The notes: generated by a model from the sequence alone, not told the origin. Counted from the first letter of the stretch, positions 47,403 to 58,258 are shown. The stretch is 64,000 nt of DNA from Candidatus Tepidifontimicrobium thermophilum (GCA_031459915.1 JAVKHO010000004.1:120858-184857), one strand, 5' to 3'. Numbers and translations: made by a program.

Positions 47403-48829
47403 CGCCCACCGGGTCCCTGGTCCTTGTCCCGCAGGAATGCAGCCAGCTCCTCTGCGATCGTCCTGGCCCGGTCCGCGTCCTCGTGCTCCACCATCACCCG
47501 CACCACCGGCTCCGTTCCGGACGCCCTCACCAGCACCCTCCCGTCGTTCCCCAGGGCCCGGTGCGCCAGGTCGACACGCTGGCGCACCGCCGGATCCTGC
47601 AGCAGCCGCTGGCGGGAGCGGACCGGCACGTTCACGAGGACCTGAGGATAGCGGGGGATTCCGGCGACGAGTTCCGCCAGCGACCGACCGGACTCTTGCA
47701 TCACCCGCACGAGCTGCAGCGCCGTGAGCAGCCCGTCCCCCGTGGTGGCGAGGTGGCGGAAGATCACGTGGCCGCTCTGCTCCCCGCCCAGGACCGCGCC
47801 CAACTCCTCCATGCGCTCCAGCACGTACCGGTCGCCCACGGGCGCCCGCTCCACCCGGATTCCCTCTCCCTGAAGAGCGCGCTCGACGCCCAGGTTGGTC
47901 ATGACGGTGACCACCACCACCGGCGGGTCCAGTTGCCCCCGGGCGTGCAGGTGACGGGCGCACGCGGCGAGGATCAGGTCCCCGTCCACCACCGCGCCGG
48001 ACTCGTCCACCGCCACCACCCGGTCCGCGTCCCCGTCGTGCGCGAACCCCACGTGGGCCCGGTGCTGGACCACAGCCTGCTGGAGGACTGCGGGGTGGGT
48101 GGAGCCACAGCCCACGTTGATCTTGGAGCCGTCGGGCTCCGCGTGCAGCGCCACCACACTGGCCCCCAGGGCCTCCCACAGCCGGGGAGCCAGTCGGTAC
48201 GCGGCTCCGAACGCGCAGTCCACCACCACCCGCAGCCCCCGGACGGGCGGACCGTAGCGCAGGAGGTGGCGCAGGTACAGCTCCTGGGCTTCCGGAAAGT
48301 CCTCCACTTCTCCCACGTCCACCCCGGTAGGCCGCGGGCCGTCGTGCGCCAGCACGGCCTCCACCCTCGCCTCCACCGAGTCCGGGAGCTTACGGCCGTC
48401 CGGCCCGAAGAACTTGATCCCGTTGTCCTCGATGGGGTTGTGTGAGGCGGAAACCACCACTCCTGCGTTGGCCCGAACCTCCCCGACCAGGTAGGCTACC
48501 GCCGGAGTCGGCAGGATCCCTGCCCGCAGCACGCGAGCTCCGGCGGAGCACAGGCCAGCCACCAGGGCGGCTTCCAGCATAGGTCCGGACACGCGGGTGT
48601 CCCGGCCCAGCAGAAAGGTCCCGCCGCCCAGGACCCGAGCCGCGGCACGGCCCACCGCCAGCGCGAGCTCCGGCCTGAGGGTGTCGTTGGCGACCCCGCG
48701 TATCCCGTCTGTCCCGAACAACTTTCCGTGGCTGGTGGGCAGACCGCTCGGGACCCCGGCGTCGGTGGATGCGGTCTGTGCGATCTCTGGACGGTCCAGG
48801 GCCTCCTCCCTCCTACCTGCGGGTCGCAC
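47399..48829 (-). CDS. glmM: Phosphoglucosamine mutase
   Basis: FGTDGIRG, VSASHNP..DNGIKFF, DGDADR, GGEQSGH, RASGTEP. Start is uncertain. Confidence 0.96.
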   Translation of the reverse strand: MRPAGRREEALDRPEIAQTASTDAGVPSGLPTSHGKLFGTDGIRGVANDTLRPELALAVGRAAARVLGGGTFLLGRDTRVSGPMLEAALVAGLCSAGARVLRAGILPTPAVAYLVGEVRANAGVVVSASHNPIEDNGIKFFGPDGRKLPDSVEARVEAVLAHDGPRPTGVDVGEVEDFPEAQELYLRHLLRYGPPVRGLRVVVDCAFGAAYRLAPRLWEALGASVVALHAEPDGSKINVGCGSTHPAVLQQAVVQHRAHVGFAHDGDADRVVAVDESGAVVDGDLILAACARHLHARGQLDPPVVVVTVMTNLGVERALQGEGIRVERAPVGDRYVLERMEELGAVLGGEQSGHVIFRHLATTGDGLLTALQLVRVMQESGRSLAELVAGIPRYPQVLVNVPVRSRQRLLQDPAVRQRVDLAHRALGNDGRVLVRASGTEPVVRVMVEHEDADRARTIAEELAAFLRDKDQGPGGR

Positions 48830-49997
48830 GGGCTGAAACTTCGGGCGGGTCCACCCACGCCACCACCAGGCCCTCGGGCACGCTCACCCGCACGGGAAGC
48901 CGCCCGGCCGCCGGCGGCTGAGGCGGCACGGTCACGAAGGCCTCCACCTGGTCCGGCTGCAGGCGTTCCACGGCTTCCTTGGGACCTACCACGGCCACGC
49001 GCACCGTGGCCGGCTCCACCCGCACCTCGACGCCGGGTTCTGCGCGCACCGTGAGCGCCACCTCCAGCTCCCGGGAGACGGGGGTGGGCAGCACCACCAC
49101 CCGCACCGAAACCGTAGGGCCGCTATCCGACCGGACCCGGGGCGGAAGGCGGAGCCGCACGGTGCGCCGGACCTCTCCTTCGACGGCACTCACGTCTACA
49201 GGCTCCGTGAGCAGCAACGACGCGTTCAGCACCGCCTCTTGCGGCCCGCGGATCGTGACCACGGCAGGACTGGCCTCCAGCAGGGCCACCGAAAGCCCTG
49301 GCCTGGGGCGTCCGGTGATGGTGGGCACCACCGGCACGGCTCTGGCCAGGGCGCCCTCCCCTACCGGCAAGCTGACCTGGACGTTCGGGGGCTGCGAGGT
49401 CACCCCCTGGAGCTCTGCGCCGTTCTGGTCCTCCACCCGCACGCGCAGGCTCTGCGTGAGGGAGGTGCGGAGCCCGGTGACGTCCACGGCCACCCACACC
49501 CGCTGGACCTGTTGGACCAGCGACCTGGGGCCCTGCACCGTCACCCGGGCCGGCTGTACCGAAGGCTGCCCCAACACCGCCCCGGGTGCGGGCGTTCCCT
49601 GGAGCACCACCTCCACGGGCATCTGGCGGCGGGCGACCGCGTCCACGCCCACCACAACCTCTTCCGGCTGCACGCCCAGCAGCCGCAGCCCTTGGGGGGC
49701 CCGTACGCGCACCGGGACGCGGTACTCACCCGGCTCGGCGACCTGCGCCAGCTCCACGTACGCCTCCAGACCGTCCGCGTTCAGCTCCGCGACCGCAGAC
49801 CGGGGTCCCCGGACCCTCACCTCCACCCGCGAGGGCATGGACACCAGAACGAGGCCCGCCGCCAGCCCCCGGGCGCGCAGCTCCACGGTCAGCGCGCGCT
49901 CCACCTGCGGGTTGCGGTCCGCAGCCACCATGTACCACAGCGCTACCGCCACCGCCAGCGACAGGACCCGGTACAGGTTCCGCTCCGCCGTCCGCAC
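48813..49997 (-). CDS. cdaR: CdaR (YbbR-repeat) regulator of diadenylate cyclase
   Basis: N-terminal TM (SLAVAVALWY) and repeated 'P..V.V.GP' YbbR units; lies between cdaA and glmM. Confidence 0.88.
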   Translation of the reverse strand: MRTAERNLYRVLSLAVAVALWYMVAADRNPQVERALTVELRARGLAAGLVLVSMPSRVEVRVRGPRSAVAELNADGLEAYVELAQVAEPGEYRVPVRVRAPQGLRLLGVQPEEVVVGVDAVARRQMPVEVVLQGTPAPGAVLGQPSVQPARVTVQGPRSLVQQVQRVWVAVDVTGLRTSLTQSLRVRVEDQNGAELQGVTSQPPNVQVSLPVGEGALARAVPVVPTITGRPRPGLSVALLEASPAVVTIRGPQEAVLNASLLLTEPVDVSAVEGEVRRTVRLRLPPRVRSDSGPTVSVRVVVLPTPVSRELEVALTVRAEPGVEVRVEPATVRVAVVGPKEAVERLQPDQVEAFVTVPPQPPAAGRLPVRVSVPEGLVVAWVDPPEVSARATRR

Positions 49998-50007
49998 CGC
50001 GCCACCC

Positions 50008-50811
50008 TCACCCCCCGCGCCGCCACGGCCATCCAGGCGCGGGCCGCGCGGGCGTGGGCGCGAACAGCCGCAACAGCTCCGCCCGCAGCTCCTCTTCCCC
50101 GAGCCCCCGGCTCAGCGTACCGTCCCGGGCCAGAGACACCGTCCCGGTCTCCTCCGAGACCACCACCGCCACCGCGTCCGTACCCTCCGTGATACCCACC
50201 GCGGCCCGGTGCCGGGTGCCCAGGGCCCGGCTCAGCAAGGGACTCTCGCTGAGGGGCAGCACGCAGCCCGCGGCCAGGACCCGGTTGCCGCGCACGATCA
50301 CCGCCCCGTCGTGCATGGGGGTGTTGGGCTGGAAGATGTTCAGCAACAGAGGGACGCTGAGCAGGGCGTCCAGGCGGATCCCCGTCTCCGCGAAGTCCGC
50401 CAGCCCCGTCCGCCGCTCCAGCACGATCAGGGCCCCGTACCGGCGCTCCGCCAGCACCCGGGCGGCGCGGGCCACGTCGTGGGCCAGCCGGAGGGCCACC
50501 TCCCGCTCCAGGGCGCTGGGAGGCCACAGCAACCGGCCCCGGCCGATCTGCTCCAGGATCCTCCGCAGCTCCGGCTGGAACAGCACCAGCAGGGCCACCG
50601 GGATGATGGCACCCAGGTAGCCCAGGATGGCCTGCAGGGTGTGCAGCCCGAGGGCGCTGGCCGCCGCGTACACCACGAACAGGACCCCCATACCCTGGAC
50701 CAGCTGCACCGCCCGTGTCCCCCGGATCAGCAGCATGAGTTGGTAGACCACGAACGCCACGATGGCGATGTCAATGAGGTCGTTGGGCCGGACCACCACG
50801 GGCAGCGACAC
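50008..50811 (-). CDS. cdaA: Diadenylate cyclase CdaA/DacA
   Basis: 3 TM, FQPELRRILE, HDGA, GTRHRAA, VSEETG. Confidence 0.96.
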   Translation of the reverse strand: MSLPVVVRPNDLIDIAIVAFVVYQLMLLIRGTRAVQLVQGMGVLFVVYAAASALGLHTLQAILGYLGAIIPVALLVLFQPELRRILEQIGRGRLLWPPSALEREVALRLAHDVARAARVLAERRYGALIVLERRTGLADFAETGIRLDALLSVPLLLNIFQPNTPMHDGAVIVRGNRVLAAGCVLPLSESPLLSRALGTRHRAAVGITEGTDAVAVVVSEETGTVSLARDGTLSRGLGEEELRAELLRLFAPTPARPAPGWPWRRGG

Positions 50812-50912
50812 CGACTCGCCTCCTGCTCAAACAACCCCAGCCACGGCCGACACGGGTCCGGGGATCGGGGGCCTTCCTCGACAGGTCACCCCTCCCGCGG
50901 AAAACGTCCCCT

Positions 50913-51845
50913 TTAGAGAACGAGGGCCAAGACCGCTTTCTGCGCGTGCAGGCGGTTTTCCGCCTGGTCTAGCACCGCGGACTGCGGCCCGTCCAGGACC
51001 TCGTCCGTGATCTCCTCGCCCCGGTGAGCCGGAAGGCAGTGGAGCACCACCGCCTGGGGATCCGCCCTGTCCAGCAACTGGCGGTTCACCTGAAACCCCT
51101 GGAAGGCGCGGCGCCGCTCCTCCCGTTGGGCCTCCTGGCCCATGCTGGCCCACACGTCCGTGTACACCACGTGCGCCCCGGCCACCGCCTCGTGGGGGTC
51201 CGTGAGGACCTGGACGGACGCACCCCACCGCCGTGCCTCCGCCTGAGCCTCGGCCACCACGTCGGGGTCCGGGGCGTAGCCGGGCGGGGTGGCCACCGCC
51301 ACCGAAAGACCCACGCGGGAAGCCGCCAGCAGGAACGAGTGACACACGTTGTTCCCGTCGCCCACCCACGCGGCACGGATCCCCGAAAACCCGCCGAAGC
51401 GCTCCTCCAGGGTCAACAGGTCGCCCAGGGCCTGGCAGGGGTGCTCGAAATCCGACAGCGCGTTGATCACGGGCACCGCCGCCGCCTCGGCCAGCTCCAC
51501 CAGGGCCGCGTGCCGGTTGACCCGGGCTACGATGCCGTCGACCCAACGGGACAGGTTGCGGGCCACGTCCGGTACGGTCTCCCGGACCCCCAGCTGTACG
51601 TCCTGAGGGGCCAGGTAGACCGAGTAGCCGCCCAGCTGCCGCACGCCCACCTCGAAGGTGACCCGCGTGCGCAGGGAAGGCTTCTCGAACAGCAGCGCTA
51701 CGGCCTTACCTGTCAGGACCTCGTGACGGATCCCCGCCCGGTGTTCGCGTTTGAGGTGGTGGGCCAGGTCCAGCACCTGGCGGACCTCCTGCGGGGACAG
51801 GTCCCGTACGCTCAGCAGGTGGCGTCCTCGAAGCGTCCGCCCCAT
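50913..51845 (-). CDS. argF: Ornithine carbamoyltransferase
   Basis: FEKPSLRTR, HPCQ, GDGNNV, TDVWASMG, HCLP, QAENRLH. Confidence 0.95.
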   Translation of the reverse strand: MGRTLRGRHLLSVRDLSPQEVRQVLDLAHHLKREHRAGIRHEVLTGKAVALLFEKPSLRTRVTFEVGVRQLGGYSVYLAPQDVQLGVRETVPDVARNLSRWVDGIVARVNRHAALVELAEAAAVPVINALSDFEHPCQALGDLLTLEERFGGFSGIRAAWVGDGNNVCHSFLLAASRVGLSVAVATPPGYAPDPDVVAEAQAEARRWGASVQVLTDPHEAVAGAHVVYTDVWASMGQEAQREERRRAFQGFQVNRQLLDRADPQAVVLHCLPAHRGEEITDEVLDGPQSAVLDQAENRLHAQKAVLALVL

Positions 51846-51908
51846 ACGGCCTCCCGACCACGGCGTGGTGGAGGAGTTCTGCACCGCCGACCGTCAGTCC
51901 TGTGGTGA

Positions 51909-54638
51909 CTAGCCCGTGGTCTGCAGGCCGGCGGCGATCCCGTTGACGGTCCGCTGCACCAGCTCCGCGACCATCGGGTCGTCCGGCCGCGCCCGGCGTT
52001 CCCGCAGCAGCCGGACCTGCAGGTAGCTCATGGGGTCCACGTAGGGGTTGCGCAGCCGCACCGACCGCTGCAGGACAGGGGAGTTGTCCAGGAGCTCCCG
52101 CTGGCCCGTGACCTCCAGGACCATCCGGACGGTCCGCTCGTACTCGTCCCGGATGCGGCGGTAGATCCGTTCGCGGACCGATTCCTCCTCCACTAGCTGC
52201 GCGTACAGGCGCGTCACCTCCAGGTCCGCGGTGCCCAGGCTGATCTGCGCGTTGTCCACCACGGACCGGAAGAACGGCCAGCCCGCGTACATGGCCCGCA
52301 GCTCCGTCAGGGCGTGCGGGTCCTCCCGGGCAAAGCCGTCCAGGGCGCTGCCGACTCCGTACCACCCCGGCAGGTTCGCGCGGGTCTGCGTCCAGCTGAA
52401 CACCCACGGGATGGCCCGCAACTCCTCCACACCTGCCTGGCGGCCCCGGGCCACGGGCCGCGACGCCATGTTCATGCGTCCGATCTCCGCGATGGGGGTG
52501 GCCTGCGCGAAGTAGCGCGGGAAGTCCGGGTCGTCCACCAGGGCGCGGTAGGCCCGGCGGCTGCGCTCCGCCAGGTCGTCCAGGATGGCTTCCCACCGCT
52601 CCAGCGTCCGCCCGTCCGGCTCCGGGGCAGGGGCCAGGCACGCGCGTATCAGGGCGCTGGTGAGCTGCTCCAGGTGGCGCCGGGCAATCCGGGGGTTGCT
52701 GTACCGCGCGGCCAGCACCTCCCCCTGCTCGGTGAGCTTCAACCGGCCGTCCGCGGCCTCCCGGGGCTGCGCCAGGATGGCCCGCTCCGTGGGCCCGCCG
52801 CCGCGGCCGATGGCCCCACCCCGCCCGTGGAACAGCCGCACCGCGCAGCCGTGTCGGCGGGCGACCTCCGGCAGCGCCTTCTGCGCGCGGTGCAGCGCCC
52901 AGTTGGCCGCCAGGTAACCGCCGTCCTTGTTGCTGTCCGAGTAGCCCAGCATGACCTCCTGCAGGTCCCCCCACGCGCGGACGTGGGCCCGGTAAGGGGG
53001 GAGGCGGAGCAGCTGGTCCAGCACGTCCCCGCAGCGCCGCAGCTCGTCGATGCGCTCGAACAGAGGGACCACGTGCAGCTGGCTGGCTACCCCGGCGCCG
53101 TCTTTCCGGTACAGGCCCACCTGGGCAGCCAACCACAGAACTTCCAGGACGTCGCTGGCGGACTCCGTGAGGCTCACGATGTACGTCTGGCACGCCTCCG
53201 GCCCGAAACGCGCCTGCCAGCGGGGGATGGCGCTGAAAAGTCTCACCACCTCCGCTACCTCGGGGTCCTCCGGGGTCGCCTCCACCGGGCCCGTCTCCAG
53301 CAGCCGCGCCAGGAGGCTGACCCGCTCCCGCTCCGGGAGGCTCAGGTAGTCCTCCACGATGCCTGCCCGTCGCAGCAGGTGCGCCACCGTCCGCTCATGC
53401 ACCCTGCTCTCCTGCCGCAGGTCCAGGGCGGCGAAGTGGAACCCGAAGGTGTGCGCGCGCACCAGGAGGTCCTGCAGCCGTCCCCGGGCGATGCGCCCCC
53501 CGCGGTGCGCCTCCAGGCTGCGTCGGACCTGCTCCAGGTCTTCCACGAAACTCCCCGGGGACGCGTAGCCGCCGGTCCCGCCGTCCAGAGCCCGCCGCAG
53601 CCGCTCTTCCACCACCCTTAGCTTCCGGCGGTACGGCTCCGTGGCGGGCGGGAACTCCGGGTCAGCCTCCAGCTCCGGAAGCTCCGCCAGGTCCCGCCGC
53701 AGGGAGGTGGCCAGCTCCTCGGAGACGCGCGTGCGGCGGGTGGACACGCTCAGCTCCCGGCCCAGCGCTGCCACTTCCTCCAGGTACAGGCGGAGCACGC
53801 GCTGTCGGTGCAGCTGCAGGGTCTGCTCGGTCACCTCCACCGTCACGTGGGGGTTCCCGTCCCGGTCCCCGCCCATCCACGAGCCGAACCGAAGGAACGG
53901 CCGCACCGCCGGCCGGGCGTCGGGCGCGTAGTGCTCGACCGCTTCCTGCAGGTCCCGGAACAGCACGGGGGCCACCACCCACGCGCTGCGCTCCAGGTAG
54001 TACAGGCCTCCGGCCACCTCGTCCAGGGGCGTGGGGCGGCGGGGACGCAGCTCGTCCGTCTGCCACAGCGCGGTAATCTCCGCCAGGAGAGCCTGGGTGG
54101 CGCGGCTCCGGGTCTCCGGGGTGGCCTGTGGGTCGTTGAGGGCGGCCAGCAGGTCCGCCACCGCCCGCAGGTGCAGCAGCATCGACGCACGCCGGGCCTC
54201 TGTGGGGTGGGCGGTGAACACCGGCCGCAGCTCCAGCCGCTCGAGAACGGAGGCCAGGCGGGCAGGGGACACGCCTTCCGACCGCAGGTGAGCGATCGCC
54301 GCGGCCACCGACTCCGGCCGGGGCGCGGGCTGGCCCCGCACCTCCCGCTCCCACAGGGTCCGCAGACGGTGGTGTTCTTCCGCCAGGTTGATGAGGTGGA
54401 AGTACAGCGCGAAGGCGCGCACCACCCGGTCCGCATCCGCTGGCTCCAGACCCCAGACCAGGTCCCGCAGGGCCCGCTCGTTTTCCGGAGACGGATCTAG
54501 CCTCCGCGCGATGGCCTGGCGCCGGATGCCCTCGACGCGCTCCAGCACAGCCGGCCCCTCCTGCTCCTGCAGCACCTGCCCCAGCAGGCTGCCCAGCAGC
54601 CGGACGTCCTCCCGCAGACGCTCGATGGGGACCCGCAC
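51909..54638 (-). CDS. ppc: Phosphoenolpyruvate carboxylase (bacterial type)
   Basis: FTAHPTE, SWMGGDRDGNP, MLGYSDSNKDGG, FHGRGG..GRGG, TEQGE, LRAIPWVF, IAAGLQTTG. Start is approximate. Confidence 0.97.
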   Translation of the reverse strand: MRVPIERLREDVRLLGSLLGQVLQEQEGPAVLERVEGIRRQAIARRLDPSPENERALRDLVWGLEPADADRVVRAFALYFHLINLAEEHHRLRTLWEREVRGQPAPRPESVAAAIAHLRSEGVSPARLASVLERLELRPVFTAHPTEARRASMLLHLRAVADLLAALNDPQATPETRSRATQALLAEITALWQTDELRPRRPTPLDEVAGGLYYLERSAWVVAPVLFRDLQEAVEHYAPDARPAVRPFLRFGSWMGGDRDGNPHVTVEVTEQTLQLHRQRVLRLYLEEVAALGRELSVSTRRTRVSEELATSLRRDLAELPELEADPEFPPATEPYRRKLRVVEERLRRALDGGTGGYASPGSFVEDLEQVRRSLEAHRGGRIARGRLQDLLVRAHTFGFHFAALDLRQESRVHERTVAHLLRRAGIVEDYLSLPERERVSLLARLLETGPVEATPEDPEVAEVVRLFSAIPRWQARFGPEACQTYIVSLTESASDVLEVLWLAAQVGLYRKDGAGVASQLHVVPLFERIDELRRCGDVLDQLLRLPPYRAHVRAWGDLQEVMLGYSDSNKDGGYLAANWALHRAQKALPEVARRHGCAVRLFHGRGGAIGRGGGPTERAILAQPREAADGRLKLTEQGEVLAARYSNPRIARRHLEQLTSALIRACLAPAPEPDGRTLERWEAILDDLAERSRRAYRALVDDPDFPRYFAQATPIAEIGRMNMASRPVARGRQAGVEELRAIPWVFSWTQTRANLPGWYGVGSALDGFAREDPHALTELRAMYAGWPFFRSVVDNAQISLGTADLEVTRLYAQLVEEESVRERIYRRIRDEYERTVRMVLEVTGQRELLDNSPVLQRSVRLRNPYVDPMSYLQVRLLRERRARPDDPMVAELVQRTVNGIAAGLQTTG

Positions 54639-54708
54639 GGCGAGTGGTGGACCGGAGTTTTTAGTCAGCAGATTACCCCAAGCGCGGCCCGGCGTCGAGG
54701 ACGTGGGG

Positions 54709-55650
54709 CTACAGTCGGGCGCGCCCGGCCAGGAACGCCTCCACGTGACGCCTCGTGGGGAGCGCCGCGGTGGCGCCGAGGCCGGTGGTGGCCAGGGCAC
54801 CCACCGCGTTGGCGAACCGGGCGGCTTCCTCCAGAGGACGCCCCTCCAGCCACTTCACGGCGAAGGCGGCATCGAAGGCGTCCCCGGCGCCCGTGGAGTC
54901 CACCACGTCCACGGGCCACGCGGGTACCGACAGCCGGTCCCCTTCCGCGGTGGCCACGGCACAGCCCTGTTCCGCCCGCTTGAGGACCGCCACCCGCGCC
55001 CCGGCGTCGATCACCGCCTGGAGCGTCTGCTGCTCGTCGCAGCCTCCGAACACGTACTCCGCGTCCTCCGTGCTCAGGAAGGCCAGCTCCACCAGCGGCA
55101 GGGTCTCCAGGACCAACGCCCGGAAGCGGTCGGGGGGCAGCAGCTTGGGCCGGACGTTGAGGTCGTAACTCACCACCACGCCCTGCCGGCGCGCCCGCTC
55201 CATCGCCCAACGCACCGCCTCCCGGGCAGATGCGGAGATGGCCTGGCTGATTCCGCTGGTGTGCAGCAGCCGCGCTCCGTCCAGCGCCTGCACGGGCAAT
55301 CCATCCCGGGACAGACGGCTGGCCGCGGACCCCGCCCGGTAGTACGTGAACCGACCGCGGCCCTCCCGGTCGTGGGCCAGGAAGTAGATCCCCGTGGGCT
55401 CATCCGGCGCCACCTGCACGTAGGCGGTGTCCACCCCCTCGCGCTGCCACATGCGCAGCAGGGACCGACCGAACTCGTCGTCCCCGACCCGCGTGATGTA
55501 GGCCACACGGGCGCCCAGGCGTGCCGCGGCGACCGCGAAGTTGGAGGTGTCCCCCCCGAACCCGCGGCGGTAGGTGTCCGCCTCCTCCAGGGAGCCGTCC
55601 ACCGCGGCGAACTCCACCAGCGCCTCACCCAGGGACACCAGGTCCGCCAA
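54709..55650 (-). CDS. PfkB-family sugar kinase (2-keto-3-deoxygluconate kinase-like)
   Basis: LGEALVEF..FGGDTSN, YYRAGSAAS, YDLNVRPKL, DSTGAGDAF. Confidence 0.88.
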   Translation of the reverse strand: MADLVSLGEALVEFAAVDGSLEEADTYRRGFGGDTSNFAVAAARLGARVAYITRVGDDEFGRSLLRMWQREGVDTAYVQVAPDEPTGIYFLAHDREGRGRFTYYRAGSAASRLSRDGLPVQALDGARLLHTSGISQAISASAREAVRWAMERARRQGVVVSYDLNVRPKLLPPDRFRALVLETLPLVELAFLSTEDAEYVFGGCDEQQTLQAVIDAGARVAVLKRAEQGCAVATAEGDRLSVPAWPVDVVDSTGAGDAFDAAFAVKWLEGRPLEEAARFANAVGALATTGLGATAALPTRRHVEAFLAGRARL

Positions 55651-55655
55651 CGCCC

Positions 55656-56459
55656 TCAGCCTCCCGGTCGGACTCCGCGGGCGGACCACCCCATGGCCTG
55701 GGAGATCCGCTGGGCGGCCTCCCGCACCAGAGGCCCCAGCTCCCGCCGCGCGCGCTCCAGGGAGATGCTGGCCACCGAACCCGACACGCTGAGCGCCCCC
55801 GCCACCCTCCCCCGGTGGTCGAAGATGGCCGCACCCACGCACCGGATGCCCTCCTCGTTCTCCACGTTGTCGATGGAGAACCCCCGGCTCCGGACCGTGG
55901 CCAGTTCCTGGAACAGCCGGCCGGCTTCCGTGATGGTGTTGGGCGTGCGGCGCGCCAGCCCGTGCTGCCGCACGATCTGCTCCACCTGCTCCCGCGGCAG
56001 GTACGCCAGCATGGCCTTCCCCAACGCGGTACTGTGGGCAGGCACGATCCGCCCCACCATGGAGGCCATGCGCAGGGGGCCCGGGGACTCCAGCTTCTCC
56101 ACGTACACCACCCGGCCGCCCTCCAGCACCCCCAGGTGCACCGTCTCCCCTGTCCGGTCCCGCAGCTCCGCCAGCACGGGACGGCCCACGGTCCGCAGCT
56201 CCAGCTGTTCCAGGCGCCGCGCCGCCAGCCACAGCACCCCGGAGCCGATGACGAAGGAGCGGCCGTTCTGAGCTGCGAGCCCCTCTGCACAGAGCGTCTG
56301 GAGCAGCCGGTACACCGTGGGCCGCGGCAGGCCCACCGCCGCGGCCAGCTCCCCCGCGGACAGAGGCCGGCCCGCCTCCCCCAGGGCGCGCAGGAGCGCC
56401 GCGGCCCGCTCCACGGACTGGACGCTGTCCTTGGCCAGTCGCAGTTGAGCCTCGGTCAC
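55656..56459 (-). CDS. IclR-family transcriptional regulator
   Basis: VQSVERA..LPRPTVYRLL HTH; ETVHLG, HSTALGKA, GIRCVG. Confidence 0.93.
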   Translation of the reverse strand: MTEAQLRLAKDSVQSVERAAALLRALGEAGRPLSAGELAAAVGLPRPTVYRLLQTLCAEGLAAQNGRSFVIGSGVLWLAARRLEQLELRTVGRPVLAELRDRTGETVHLGVLEGGRVVYVEKLESPGPLRMASMVGRIVPAHSTALGKAMLAYLPREQVEQIVRQHGLARRTPNTITEAGRLFQELATVRSRGFSIDNVENEEGIRCVGAAIFDHRGRVAGALSVSGSVASISLERARRELGPLVREAAQRISQAMGWSARGVRPGG

Positions 56460-57508
56460 GGCACCGCCTCCGGGGCCGCAAGCCCCGCCTTCTCCGCCAG
56501 CTGCTGCAGCACCGCCACCGCCTCCTCCGGCAGGGGGATCCCCGCCTGCGCGTACTCCAGCTGCCTCCGGTACTCCGGTTCGCCCGGCAGCCACACGCGG
56601 TCGAACCCTTCCGCAGGTGGCAGGGCCCGGATGTCCCGCACCAGTCGGTCCACCCGGTCCCGCAGCGTCCGAAGACCGCAGAACGCCTCTGGCCACAGCG
56701 CCAGCATGAGGTGCCCCACGCCCTGAGGCCGGTGCAGTTCCTCGTACAGGGGCACGACCTCTGGGCCCGACCGGCCGCCCGTGACCAGACCCGCCAGCAC
56801 GTCTACCACCAGGGCCAGACCGGAACCCTTGGCCCCGCCGAAAGGGACCAGGGCACCCCGCAGAGCCTGCTGCGGGTCAGTGGTGGGTCGGCCGTCCGGG
56901 CCCAGCGCCCACGTGGGCGGGATTCGCTCTCCCCGCACCGCCGCGGCCTGGACCCTGCCGTGCGCCACCTCGCTGGTCGCCATGTCCAGGACGATGGCAG
57001 GTTCCTCCCCCGCGGGGATCCCCACGCTCAAGGGGTTGGTCCCCAGGTACCGGGCCCGCGCGCCGTACGGTGCCACCTGGGCGTCCGCGTTGGACAACGC
57101 GACGCCCACGGCCCCCTGGGCGATCGCCCGCAGGACGAAGTACGCCAGCATGCCACAGTGGTTGCTGTTCCGCACCCCCACCGCGCCCACGCCGTACCGG
57201 CGTGCCCGCTCCACCGCCAGGTCCATGGCCCGGCAGGCGGCTACGACCCCGAACCCACTCCCCGCGTCGCACAGCACCGCGGCCCCCGAGTCCCGCACCA
57301 CCGCCAGCCGCGCGCCCGGCCGGATCGAGCCGGCCCGCAGCCGGTCCAGGTAGATGCCCGCCCGCACGACCCCGTGGGAGTGCACGCCCCTCAGGTCCGC
57401 GCACACCAGGGCGTCGGCCACCACTTCCGCCTCCTCCGCCAGCGCCCCGGCGCTCTCGAGGACCCGTGCCACGAACCGCCGGAGGTCTTCGGGTCTGTAG
57501 CGCGACAT
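56456..57508 (-). CDS. Ldh_2-family (type 2 malate/lactate dehydrogenase; AllD/YiaK/ComC-like) oxidoreductase
   Basis: ADLRGVHSHG, NSNHCG, GTNP, LDMATS, GGAKGSGL, LPGE. Confidence 0.9.
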   Translation of the reverse strand: MSRYRPEDLRRFVARVLESAGALAEEAEVVADALVCADLRGVHSHGVVRAGIYLDRLRAGSIRPGARLAVVRDSGAAVLCDAGSGFGVVAACRAMDLAVERARRYGVGAVGVRNSNHCGMLAYFVLRAIAQGAVGVALSNADAQVAPYGARARYLGTNPLSVGIPAGEEPAIVLDMATSEVAHGRVQAAAVRGERIPPTWALGPDGRPTTDPQQALRGALVPFGGAKGSGLALVVDVLAGLVTGGRSGPEVVPLYEELHRPQGVGHLMLALWPEAFCGLRTLRDRVDRLVRDIRALPPAEGFDRVWLPGEPEYRRQLEYAQAGIPLPEEAVAVLQQLAEKAGLAAPEAVP

Positions 57509-58254
57509 CAGTCCATCCACGCGCCGCCGTTCACGTCCAGAGTCTCACCCGTGATGAACCCCGACTTGGGGGAGACCAGGAACGCCACCGCCTCCGCCAC
57601 CTCTTCAGGCCTGCCCAGCCTCCCCACGGGAATCCCCGCGAGGATCTGTGCCCGCCGCTCGGGCGTCCACTGGGCGCTCATCTCGGTCTCGATGGCGTGC
57701 GGCGCCACCGCGTTCACCGTGATGCCGAACGGCGCCAGCTCCCGCGCCAGGGTGCGGGTCAAGGCCAGCAGGCCTGCCTTGGACGGCCCGTAGCCGGGCG
57801 CGGAGGCGATGTCCCCCATCTTCCCCGCGATGCTGGACACGTTCACGATGCGACCCCACCGGGCCTCCTTCATGTAGGGCACCGCGGCGCGGCAGCAGTA
57901 GAAGGCGCCCGTGAGGTTGACGGTCAGGACCTCGTGCCAGTCTTCCAGCCGCATGGTCTCCAGGGTCCCCCGCCGGATGATCCCCGCGTTGTTCACCAGC
58001 ACGTGCAAGCCACCCAGGGACTCCGCCACCGCCCGGCACATGGCCTCCACCGCCTCCCAGCGGGTGATGTCCGCGGGGACCGCGAGCGCCTCACGGCCCA
58101 GAGCCCGGACCTCGGACCCCACGCGCTCGGCCGCCTCCGCGTCCACGTCGTTCACCGCCACCCGAGCGCCCGCCTCTGCCAGCCGCAGGGCGATGGCCCG
58201 ACCGATCCCGCGGCCTGCCCCCGTCACCAGCGCGGTCCGCCCTTCCAGCTCCAC
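57508..58254 (-). CDS. Short-chain dehydrogenase/reductase (FabG-like)
   Basis: TGAGRGIG, NNAG, YGPSK, ITVNAVAP. Confidence 0.92.
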   Translation of the reverse strand: MELEGRTALVTGAGRGIGRAIALRLAEAGARVAVNDVDAEAAERVGSEVRALGREALAVPADITRWEAVEAMCRAVAESLGGLHVLVNNAGIIRRGTLETMRLEDWHEVLTVNLTGAFYCCRAAVPYMKEARWGRIVNVSSIAGKMGDIASAPGYGPSKAGLLALTRTLARELAPFGITVNAVAPHAIETEMSAQWTPERRAQILAGIPVGRLGRPEEVAEAVAFLVSPKSGFITGETLDVNGGAWMD

Positions 58255-58258
58255 CTCC